Source: Phycisphaeraceae bacterium
GTDB lineage: Bacteria; Planctomycetota; Phycisphaerae; Phycisphaerales; Zrk34
Length of the DNA: 21,230 nt
Direction of reading: 5' to 3'
NCBI GenBank assembly: GCA_040905565.1
Contig: JBBDRF010000003.1
Coordinates: 42,102-63,331 of the forward strand
The notes under the pieces are model-generated. The model searched no databases and was not told the origin of the DNA. It was given only the letters and a program-made list of their open reading frames with translations. The translations under genes were made by a program, and so were the position numbers. Numbering within the stretch: the stretch's first letter is position 1; the number at the start of each line of letters is the position of its first letter. Positions 8,133 to 15,968 of this stretch are shown here, piece by piece.

Positions 8133-8990
8133 ATGCCGCGGGCAATGTGGAGCGGGAACATCGCGTTCGGGCTTGTGAGCATCCCCGTGAAACTCGTCGC
8201 TGCGGCACGGGACCGCAGCATCCATTTTCATATGCTTAGCGAGGACGGACAGTGTCGTTTGCGACGCAAACTCTACTGTCCCGAAACCGGCAAGGAGTAC
8301 GATTTCAAGCATACCGCCAAGGGCTACGAGATCGCGCCGGATCAATACGTGCTGATTCAGAATGACGAGATCGACAAGATCAAGCCCGATGCGGGGAGGC
8401 AGATCGAGATCAGCGATTTTGTCGATCTGGAAAGCATCGATCCGCTCTATTACGAGCGGCCTTACTACCTGGTGCCTGACGAAGCGGGGGCGAAGGCGTA
8501 CCGGCTTTTGATGGAAGCGATGACGCGGAGCGGGCGGGTCGGCATCGCTCGGTTCGTGATGCGGCAGAAGCAATACCTCGCAGCGTTGCGGGCGAAGGGG
8601 GAGGTGCTGATGCTTCAGACGATGCGCTACGCCGACGAGGTCGTCACCGAGCAGGAGCTTGATAATGTGCCCGGGCCGATGCCGTTGGATCCGCGCGAGT
8701 TGGACGTGGCGCAGCGGCTGATTGATGCGCTGGTGACGGACTTCGAGCCCGAGCGGTATCGCGATGAATACCGGGAGCGCGTGGAGGAACTGGTGAAGGC
8801 CAAAGCTGAGGGCGGGACGATCAGCGTTTCCGCAGCGGAAGAGCCTGCCCCGCGCGTGATCAATTTGATGGACGCACTGCAGCGGAGCCTGGACGAAGCG
8901 CGCAAGGAGGAGGAGCAGCCGCCCGCGAAGAAGACCAAGGGGACGCCAAGCAAGCGAGGGGGCGGCGGCAGGCGCAAACGCTCCGCGTGA
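8133..8990 (+). CDS. ku: Prokaryotic Ku, NHEJ DNA end-binding protein
   Basis: MPRAMWSGNIAFGLVSIPVKL, KGYEI, IDPLYYERPYYLVP, VINLMDALQRSL and a basic C-terminal tail; AAGGAG SD before ATG 8133. Confidence 0.97.
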   Translation: MPRAMWSGNIAFGLVSIPVKLVAAARDRSIHFHMLSEDGQCRLRRKLYCPETGKEYDFKHTAKGYEIAPDQYVLIQNDEIDKIKPDAGRQIEISDFVDLESIDPLYYERPYYLVPDEAGAKAYRLLMEAMTRSGRVGIARFVMRQKQYLAALRAKGEVLMLQTMRYADEVVTEQELDNVPGPMPLDPRELDVAQRLIDALVTDFEPERYRDEYRERVEELVKAKAEGGTISVSAAEEPAPRVINLMDALQRSLDEARKEEEQPPAKKTKGTPSKRGGGGRRKRSA

Positions 8991-8994
8991 GGCC

Positions 8995-9906
8995 ATGGCA
9001 CAAATCACCGCGCACAACACGGAGATCGACGGCCGACCGCTTCGCCTGACGAATCTGGAGAAAGTGCTCTACCCGGCGACGGGATTCACCAAGGCGGATC
9101 TGATCGACTACTACATCCGTGTCGCCCCGGCGATGCTGCCGCACCTGCGTGGCAGGCCGATCACGTTCAAGCGATATCCGAACGGCGTGGAGCAGCCGTT
9201 CTTTTTTGAAAAGAACTGCGCGTCGCATCGGCCAAGCTGGGTGCGGACGGCGAAGGTTACCTACAACGACGGCAGCACGATCGAGCACTGCTTGATCGAG
9301 GACCGTGCGACGCTGGCGTGGGCGGCGAACCTCGGGGCGATCGAGTTGCACACATCCTTGGCGTATGCCGATCGGATCGGGCAGCCGACGATGATCGTGT
9401 TCGATCTGGACCCCGGCGAAGGGGTGGGGCTGCGGGAGTGCGGACGGGTGGCGCTGGTGCTGCGTGATCTGCTGGAGGGCTTGAAGCTGCGGACGGTGGT
9501 GAAGGCCTCGGGCGGGAAAGGACTCCATGTTTATCTGCCACTGAATACGCAAGTGGGCTACGAGCAGACCCGGCCGTTCGCTCATGCGATGGCAAAGATG
9601 GTGCAGCAGGCGATGGGCGATGCGGTCATCACGAAGATGAGTCGCGCTGAGCGTGCGGGGCGTGTGTTCATCGACTGGAGCCAGAACACGCTGCACAAGA
9701 CGACGGTGTGTGTGTATGCCATGCGAGCGGTGCGGGAGCCAGCTGTGTCGCGGCCGTTGGACTGGGCGGAGGTGCAGGAGCTGGCATCGCAGCGGCGTGA
9801 GGGATGGCTGGATTGCAGCCCGGAAGCGGCGCTGCGTGCGGTGCGCGAGCACGGCGACCGATTCGAAGGTGCATTGCAATGGCGGCAGCGGCTGACGAAC
9901 GCCTAG
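8995..9906 (+). CDS. Stand-alone LigD polymerase/primase domain (PolDom, AEP superfamily)
   Basis: LTNLEKVLYP, RYPNGV..FFEKN, ANLGAIELH, catalytic FDLDP, SGGKGLHV, FIDWSQN. Starts 4 nt after the ku stop. Confidence 0.95.
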   Translation: MAQITAHNTEIDGRPLRLTNLEKVLYPATGFTKADLIDYYIRVAPAMLPHLRGRPITFKRYPNGVEQPFFFEKNCASHRPSWVRTAKVTYNDGSTIEHCLIEDRATLAWAANLGAIELHTSLAYADRIGQPTMIVFDLDPGEGVGLRECGRVALVLRDLLEGLKLRTVVKASGGKGLHVYLPLNTQVGYEQTRPFAHAMAKMVQQAMGDAVITKMSRAERAGRVFIDWSQNTLHKTTVCVYAMRAVREPAVSRPLDWAEVQELASQRREGWLDCSPEAALRAVREHGDRFEGALQWRQRLTNA

Positions 9907-10158
9907 CCGCTCATCGAAAAATGCACGCGAGGAGTTTCTTAGTGATGGCGACGTGCACATCTTTGGGTTATAAATTGCATAGGTGACAAAGGGCTTACCG
10001 TCAGGCTCTGGGGAGTCGGTTGGGCAGTATAAGTCAGTCAGCGGGCGCAGCTGGCGTGCCAGGGATACGTGCTCTTTCGGGGTCTGAGTTTCGGCCGAGG
10101 TGAGAAGTTGCATCGTTCCGGGGTACGGCGGTTGCCTCTAAGCAGGAGAGGCTCCTCA

Positions 10159-11050
10159 GTGACTGAAAACTTCCGCGGGGTGGCGAGTCACACGCGTCTG
10201 ATGACGTGCGACTCGTCGCTGAATCCGATGCTCGGCGTATCACGCGCACCAACGTGTGCTTCGCGAGCGATGCAACTTGTCGTCCTGCCGTCGACGACAT
10301 CTCACGCCACGTCGAGGCCAAGCTGTATGGGCCGACATGTCATTTTATCGAAAGTGCCGACTCCGCCGCGGCATCACGCCGAGGCCCGGAAGCGGTGGAA
10401 GCTCCCCGACAACAACATGCACGTTTTGCAAGTCGGCGGTGAGCGGTCAGCGAAGCCGGCTGGGGAGCGGGGGAAACATGAAGATCGCCGCCCCCCCGCG
10501 CCGCAGGCCGTTGCCCCGGGCGGGGGAAGATGTTTAGCCCCTGCGTGGAGAAGCGGCATCGGCCCGGGTGTCCAAGGAGCGGCTGATCTGGCGCGGCGTT
10601 TGCAGTATCGGCTCGCTGCCCGGCACCTCCCGGAGGAGGAAACGGGCAAATCCGTGGCGGAGGGGATCGCCGATTCGTCGGCACGCATTCGCGGCAGCGC
10701 GAAGCGCCGGGCCCCATGCGGGGGCAATGGCGGGGGGAGCATGGAAATCTTTGATCATGGTGCTGAGATGACCCAACCTCGCGCGAAGGCGCGCCGTCGG
10801 CATCTCTCGCAAGCTTGTTCAGGTTCGCCCTACGGCGACGCACTGATTCGGGATCGCCGTGATAGCGATCCGCTACCGCCAGGAGGCTCGTGCCATACCC
10901 AGCCACGTGACGCTGGGCTCGGTGGCCGAACGGTATCTCCCAGTGTCACGGATTCCGTTGCCGCATCTGCGCCAGGGGCACAGATGGTCGGCCGGCGCTA
11001 AGCCGAGGCCGGATGCCTGGGGGCACCGGGTACCTGTAGTTTGCAAAAGG
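10159..11050 (+). pseudogene. Probable heavily decayed PAS-HisKA_3-HATPase sensor histidine kinase
   Basis: Ordered remnants across shifting frames: PAS-like DDVRLVAESDARRITRTNVCF..ISRHV (~10200-10310); DHp-like SGIGPGVQGAADLARRLQYRLAARHLPEEETGKSVAEGIADSSARIRGSAKR (10552-10707); N-box-like TATH*FGIAVIAIRYRQEARAI (10832-10897); G1-like RDAGLG (10906-10923); AQMVG (10978-10992); PGGT/RV/TCSL (11016-11043). It ends at the NarL regulator start. Confidence 0.55.
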
Positions 11051-11059
11051 ATGACCGTT

Positions 11060-11731
11060 ATGACCGTGAGCAGAGCAAAAAAGAAAATTTCCAAAATTCT
11101 GGTCGTCGACGACCATCCCATCGTGTGCGACGGTCTGGCGCGCCTCATCGATGCCACGGCGGACCTTGAAGTCTGTGGCCAGGCGACCGGCGCCCCCGAA
11201 GCGGTCCGCAAGTTTGAGAACCTGCAACCCGACCTGCTGATCATCGACATCAGCCTGGAAGGCGTGAGCGGGCTCGAGCTGATCAAGCAGATCAAGGCCC
11301 GCGACGAAGGTGCACGCATGCTCGTGGTCAGCATGCACGAAGAATCCCTGTACGCGGAGCGGGTGCTGCGGGCCGGGGCAATGGGCTACATGAATAAGCA
11401 CGAAGCGCCGACGAAGATCGTGGGAGCGATACGCCAGGTGCTCAACGGTCATGTGCACGTCAGCGACGGGGTAGCCGACCGGATGCTTCACCGGGTGGTG
11501 CGCGGGGAGCGGGCGCCGGACCGACCGGCGATTGACAGTCTTTCCGATCGTGAGCTGGAGGTGTTTCAGCTCATCGGCCGAGGCCTGTCAACGCGGGAGG
11601 TCGCTGAGACGCTGCATCTGAGCAAAAAGACGGTCGAATCCTACCGCGAGCAGATCAAGCTGAAATTGAATCTGAAGACGGGCACAGAGCTGGTCCGTCA
11701 CGCGATCCGATGGCAGGTCGAGACTGAATAA
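11060..11731 (+). CDS. NarL/FixJ family response regulator (REC + LuxR HTH)
   Basis: ILVVDDHPIV, phospho-acceptor IIDISL, VSMHEE..YAERVLRAGAMGYMNK, LSDRELEVFQLIGRG..LHLSKKTVESYR. Start at ATG 11060 (alternative 11051). Confidence 0.95.
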   Translation: MTVSRAKKKISKILVVDDHPIVCDGLARLIDATADLEVCGQATGAPEAVRKFENLQPDLLIIDISLEGVSGLELIKQIKARDEGARMLVVSMHEESLYAERVLRAGAMGYMNKHEAPTKIVGAIRQVLNGHVHVSDGVADRMLHRVVRGERAPDRPAIDSLSDRELEVFQLIGRGLSTREVAETLHLSKKTVESYREQIKLKLNLKTGTELVRHAIRWQVETE

Positions 11732-12242
11732 ACGCTTGTGATGCAGGGGCGTTTAGCCCCCGGATTTCTCCCGATGCAGCGGGCAGGAAGCTCCCGGCCC
11801 CGGTTGTCGCGACTGACCCGATAGCACCGCTCCGCAGGCAGGGTAGCATGAGAGACGTGCTGGGAGTGCCCGTTGGCACCGTCTCAAGAAGAATCGACGC
11901 TACTTCAGGAGCTACCGGATGATACGTTTGTGCCCCCCCGAGATAGGCCCGTATGTGACGCGATGTGCAGGGGTTGGAAAAGCCGCTGGTAACGGATGGG
12001 GCATTTCCGGGGTTGGCAGGCGCTTGTGTCGATTTGCCGCGGGCGTTCAGCGCGGTTCAATAACCTCCCCACCTGGTCAGCCGACAGTCCGGGCGATCTA
12101 AGCCCCGCAGCTCGTCTGACGCGTTCGTTTTTACGGCCACAAGATTAGAAACAAAAAGCTTCGCATGAAGCTCGGGGGCAAGGTGCGTCCTGACCGCACG
12201 CCTCCGGTTGTAACCTGGGTTGAAGTCGGCCCAGGCTGGAGA

Positions 12243-12851
12243 ATGTCGATGCTCGAACGATTCATGCGTCATCATGTGGACAAGCAACCAGCCCCTCAGG
12301 TCGCGTCGGCTGACGACGTGGTCGTGCGGACCTATCAGCCCGCCGACTGGCTTGCGATTCGTCGGCTTTACAGTGACGGCCTGCTTGAAGGCCGGGTCGA
12401 TCCTCACGAATCGACCAGTGATCTGGACGACCCGTTGCTGACCTACTTCAGTCATCCCGATGATCGACTGTGGGTGGCTGAATTCGAGGGCCGCATCGTC
12501 GGCATGATCAGCGTCGGGCATATCGGCCATCACGTGGCACAGATTCGTCGGCTTCGTGTGGACGCAACGTTCCGCGAAACCGACCTGCCGGCGAGGCTGC
12601 TGAAGGTGGTGCTGCAACACTGCCGACGTTGCGGGGACCTCAAACTCATCGTTGATGCGCACGTCGATCCGCACCAGGCGGTCGCCGCGTGCCGTGACGG
12701 GGGCTTTCAATACACGCGTGCACGCAGAAACGGCGGACACGAAACGCTCGAGTTCTACCTGAACCTCTATCGACAGCCCCGCTCGGGGCTTGAACAGGAA
12801 CAGCCGCGACGCGCCCCCCACCCGCCTCGCCTGCGGCAGATGCTTGCTTAG
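12243..12851 (+). CDS. GNAT-fold protein with degenerate acetyl-CoA-binding motif
   Basis: VVRTYQPAD...LWVAEFEGRIVGMISV...AQIRRLRVD fits the GNAT core; RETDLP replaces (Q/R)xxGx(G/A). Start at ATG 12243 or 12249. Confidence 0.75.
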   Translation: MSMLERFMRHHVDKQPAPQVASADDVVVRTYQPADWLAIRRLYSDGLLEGRVDPHESTSDLDDPLLTYFSHPDDRLWVAEFEGRIVGMISVGHIGHHVAQIRRLRVDATFRETDLPARLLKVVLQHCRRCGDLKLIVDAHVDPHQAVAACRDGGFQYTRARRNGGHETLEFYLNLYRQPRSGLEQEQPRRAPHPPRLRQMLA

Positions 12852-13012
12852 CAGAGATCGCGGTAACCGCCCCGGGCGGTGAAGGGAGTCTTACCGACCG
12901 AACTTCACCACGCGGACCGGTACCGCGTCGCCTGCGTTGCCCGATGCAAGGATGTATCGAGCTTTGCCAGAATGACACGGAGGAACGCACAAACGACAAA
13001 TGCGGGTAAAAC

Positions 13013-14596
13013 ATGCTTCATCCCGAATCAGTACTTGCTTCGAACGGATCAACCATGATTCTAGACGAGGCGGCGAACTACTCAGACCACCGACGGCATC
13101 GCAATGACCTCGATTCCGAAACCGAGCGCGACATCCGACAGCAGATGCGCGCCCTGGTGCTGCTGGAGCCCAGATCCAGTTCACTGCAGGCGGTGACGGA
13201 GGTGCTTGAGCGGCGCGGCTATGCCCTCGAGACCGCTTCTTCGGTCGGCGCTGCTTGCGAATGGATCCACCGCCGTTCGCCTGACGTGGCGCTGCTTGAT
13301 TCGGGCATCGCGGAGCAGGAACAGTTGATGCAGGAACTACGGCGATGCAAGACACGCATCGTGATCCTGATCGATCCAGACGACCGGCAATCGCACCACG
13401 GCAACGGTCACGCAGCCGAGTTGCATCTCGCCCGGCCGGTGGATCCCGATGAACTTGACCGGCTGCTGTGCGAAGAAGCCGACACGCAGGAGACGACGCG
13501 TTCAGAGGCAGCGCGGGGCAACGGCTCCAACGGTCACACGAAGAGTCGACCCCAGCCCGAATTGCCGCTTCACGCCAGTGCTGAGGGGTTCGGCACGCTG
13601 GTCGGCACCTCGGCGCAGATGCGGAACATCTACGAGATGATCGGCAAGGTCGCCCCCACCAACGCGACCGTCTTCATCGCAGGCGAATCGGGCACGGGCA
13701 AGGAACTGGTCGCCGAGGCGATCCACGACGAGAGTAATCGTGCGAACAAATCGTTCGTGGCCCTCAACTGCGGCGCCATTCCCGAAGGGCTCATCGACAG
13801 TGAGTTGTTCGGCCATGAGAAGGGCGCCTTCACCGGCGCGACCCGCGCCCGCGGCGGCGTGTTCGAACAGGCGCACGGCGGGACGCTGTTTCTCGACGAG
13901 ATCACCGAGATGCCGATCGACCTCCAGGCCAGGCTGTTGCGGGTGCTGGAGACCGGCCGGGTGCATCGCGTGGGCAGTGAGCGGGATGTGCCGGTGGACG
14001 TGCGGGTTATCGCCGCCTCGAACAGGCCCGCCACTGCGGCACTCGAGCAGGGCCGGCTGCGGGAGGATCTGCTGTATCGGCTGTCGGTTTTCCCGATTCA
14101 GCTGCCGCCGCTGCGTGACCGGGGGGGCGATGCGGTGGTGCTGGCGAATCATTTCCTGGCGGAGCTCAACGCCGAAACCGGTCAGCGGCGACGATTCAGC
14201 AACGACGCGCTCGACCTCATCAAAGCTTATCACTGGCCGGGTAACGTGAGGCAGGTTAAGCATGCGGTGCATCGGGCGTTCATCCTCGCTGAGGAGATCA
14301 TCGACGCGAAGTACCTGCCTTCGCAGATGGAACGGCAGCCGGAGACGAACGGCGAAGGTGTGCAGCTTTCGGTCGGCACCTCGATCGCCGACGCGGAGCG
14401 GCAGCTGATCGCGGCGACGCTGGAGCATTTCAGCGGTGACAAGAAGAAGGCCGCTGAGGTGCTGGGTATGAGTCTCCGCACGCTCTACAACCGTCTGAAC
14501 ATTTACAAAGCACAGCAGGACAAGGGCCGGTCTGGCAAGGGCCGGTCACGCGAGAGCAACGGCCTCCCGCAGCACGAAGATCATCTGTTCGCTTGA
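13013..14596 (+). CDS. sigma54-dependent transcriptional activator (NtrC-like: atypical REC, AAA+, Fis HTH)
   Basis: Walker [22 protein letters not shown], Walker [43 protein letters not shown]. Start uncertain (13013 or 13055). Confidence 0.95.
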   Translation: MLHPESVLASNGSTMILDEAANYSDHRRHRNDLDSETERDIRQQMRALVLLEPRSSSLQAVTEVLERRGYALETASSVGAACEWIHRRSPDVALLDSGIAEQEQLMQELRRCKTRIVILIDPDDRQSHHGNGHAAELHLARPVDPDELDRLLCEEADTQETTRSEAARGNGSNGHTKSRPQPELPLHASAEGFGTLVGTSAQMRNIYEMIGKVAPTNATVFIAGESGTGKELVAEAIHDESNRANKSFVALNCGAIPEGLIDSELFGHEKGAFTGATRARGGVFEQAHGGTLFLDEITEMPIDLQARLLRVLETGRVHRVGSERDVPVDVRVIAASNRPATAALEQGRLREDLLYRLSVFPIQLPPLRDRGGDAVVLANHFLAELNAETGQRRRFSNDALDLIKAYHWPGNVRQVKHAVHRAFILAEEIIDAKYLPSQMERQPETNGEGVQLSVGTSIADAERQLIAATLEHFSGDKKKAAEVLGMSLRTLYNRLNIYKAQQDKGRSGKGRSRESNGLPQHEDHLFA

Positions 14597-14613
14597 GCCA
14601 TCCTGAGGGGACA

Positions 14614-14707
14614 CGGCCGGGCAGCAGGGTCGGTTAAGGCGCAGACTCCTTGGGGGAGGAGTATGAGCCTGTTTCGTTTAACCGACCCGCGCCCGGCCGC
14701 TTTTTTT
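14614..14707 (+). terminator. Unusually long hairpin with U7 tail after the sigma54 activator (terminator and/or structured RNA)
   Basis: CGGCCGGGC-A-GC-A-GGGTCGGTTAA pairs with TTAACCGACCC-GC-GCCCGGCCG; inner stem ACTCCT/AGGAGT; then TTTTTTT at 14701-14707. Confidence 0.7.
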
Positions 14708-14872
14708 GATTGCAATCACGGCCCTTGGCGGGCTAGCGACGCCATCCGGCGTTGTCCGGCTTGTGCAGCGGCTTCGTCCCGGGCCCGAGGCTTCATGTAA
14801 AGCGTTGAACATGCGCTCCGGCCGGGTCGCAAGATACGTAAACTTGCAATAACAAAACACCAATTATTCTTG

Positions 14873-14901
14873 TTGCTTCTTTATAAAAAATGGTGTATTC
14901 T
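14873..14901 (+). promoter_or_regulatory. Candidate sigma70 promoter for the first PEP-CTERM gene
   Basis: TTGCTT (14873-14878), 17-nt spacer, TATTCT (14896-14901), within an AT-rich patch. Confidence 0.4.
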
Positions 14902-15139
14902 CGCTTATAGAAGTTGCTGGTTGGCAAAAGGCATAGGTATCAGCAAACTTCAAAAGCTCTGATGCGATCCCAGTGACTCGCGACTCCTGGCAGAGCCGCC
15001 GCGTCCATGTGACGCCACTGGCCGCGTCAGGAATGACGTCTACTAAGCCCGCAAATGAGATGACGCGCAACCGGTGCGTTCTGATTCATTCACGCAAGGC
15101 AGTACGGCAAAATGCCCTTTTCCCTTCAGGAGGATCGAA

Positions 15140-15874
15140 ATGATTCGATCAACGTTTGGACGCAGTTTCTTCACAGCCGCCCTTATGGCCGGCGCTCTGG
15201 CATGGGCCGCACCGGCGCAAGCTGCGGTGGTTCTCGGGCCGGTCAATGGTGATGTTGAAGACATTGACACTAACGGAAATGTACCTAACGACTGGAACTA
15301 CGGCACCAATGGTGACGGCAGCTTCGTCAATGCCACGTTCAACGGCCCTGGGGGCTCAGGCGTAATCGGCATGGGCAACATGAACACGGACGAGGGGCGC
15401 ATCGCTGATATCACCAGCCAGCGGTTCTCGCTGGGGGCGGCCGCGTACGGGGCGCAGACGGTGGACCTCACCTTCGATTACGCGTTTCTCGGCGACTTCC
15501 CCGACACGAATTATCCCATCGCTCAAGGTGGGCTCGCGGTGCAACTGCGGTATTTCAATACGGCAGGCGATTTCCAAGGCGAGAATAACTTCGTTCTTTC
15601 TGCCGACGATGCAAACGTCTGGCATGCCTTCGAAGAACTGAACCTGACCCCTGCCGCCGGGGCCGAGGTCGCAGACATCCGCGTTTCGGCGAATGTCTTC
15701 GGCTGGCCGAACAGCGAGACCAATACAGCGTTCTTTGTCGGCGGCCTTAACCTCGACAACTTCTCGGTCACTACCGCAGAAACCACCACTGTCATCCCCG
15801 AACCCACCAGCCTCGCACTCGTGGCAGGCGGCGGGATCCTCGCGCTCGTCCGTCGTCGGCGTCGCGTGAGCTGA
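15140..15874 (+). CDS. PEP-CTERM sorting-domain surface protein
   Basis: Sec signal peptide ending AQA-A; C-terminal VIPEPTSLALVAGGGILALVRRRRRVS; AGGAGG SD before ATG 15140. Confidence 0.92.
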   Translation: MIRSTFGRSFFTAALMAGALAWAAPAQAAVVLGPVNGDVEDIDTNGNVPNDWNYGTNGDGSFVNATFNGPGGSGVIGMGNMNTDEGRIADITSQRFSLGAAAYGAQTVDLTFDYAFLGDFPDTNYPIAQGGLAVQLRYFNTAGDFQGENNFVLSADDANVWHAFEELNLTPAAGAEVADIRVSANVFGWPNSETNTAFFVGGLNLDNFSVTTAETTTVIPEPTSLALVAGGGILALVRRRRRVS

Positions 15875-15902
15875 GCTTCGCAAAGCTTCACGTTCCCAAA
15901 TA

Positions 15903-15940
15903 AAAACCGCCGCACGAGTGATCGCTCGTGCGGCGGTTTT
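15903..15940. terminator. Bidirectional Rho-independent terminator between convergent genes
   Basis: AAAA-CCGCCGCACGAG-TGATCG-CTCGTGCGGCGG-TTTT, perfect 12-bp GC stem. Confidence 0.9.
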
Positions 15941-15968
15941 CTTGTCGCGGTCCAACGGTGCGAGCGGT

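Noticed and set aside
10046..10062. Minus-strand sigma54-like CTGGCACGCCAGCTGCG (GG-N10-GC)
   Set aside because: Spacing is right, but it points antisense into PolDom with no credible downstream gene, and chance matches are likely at this GC content.
8860..10113. 417-aa minus-strand ORF
   Set aside because: Mostly antisense to the PolDom gene; Arg/His/Pro-rich shadow composition.
10069..11001. 310-aa ORF as an intact novel protein
   Set aside because: Only part resembles protein (the DHp-like segment), and the other kinase-like motifs lie in different frames; better explained as a pseudogene.
10859..11059. N-terminal extension of the NarL regulator in the ORF track
   Set aside because: Corresponds to kinase remnants; an SD-like AAGGA supports the 11060 start.
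15090..15125. c-di-GMP-I riboswitch suggested by GGCAAA
   Set aside because: Lacks the GNRA-capped P2 stem and the downstream GCAAAG/P3 elements.
13013..15874. PrsR / PEP-CTERM-box regulatory system as in Proteobacteria
   Set aside because: No PrsK kinase, the receiver is atypical, a terminator-like hairpin intervenes, and I found no -24/-12 promoter upstream of the PEP-CTERM gene.
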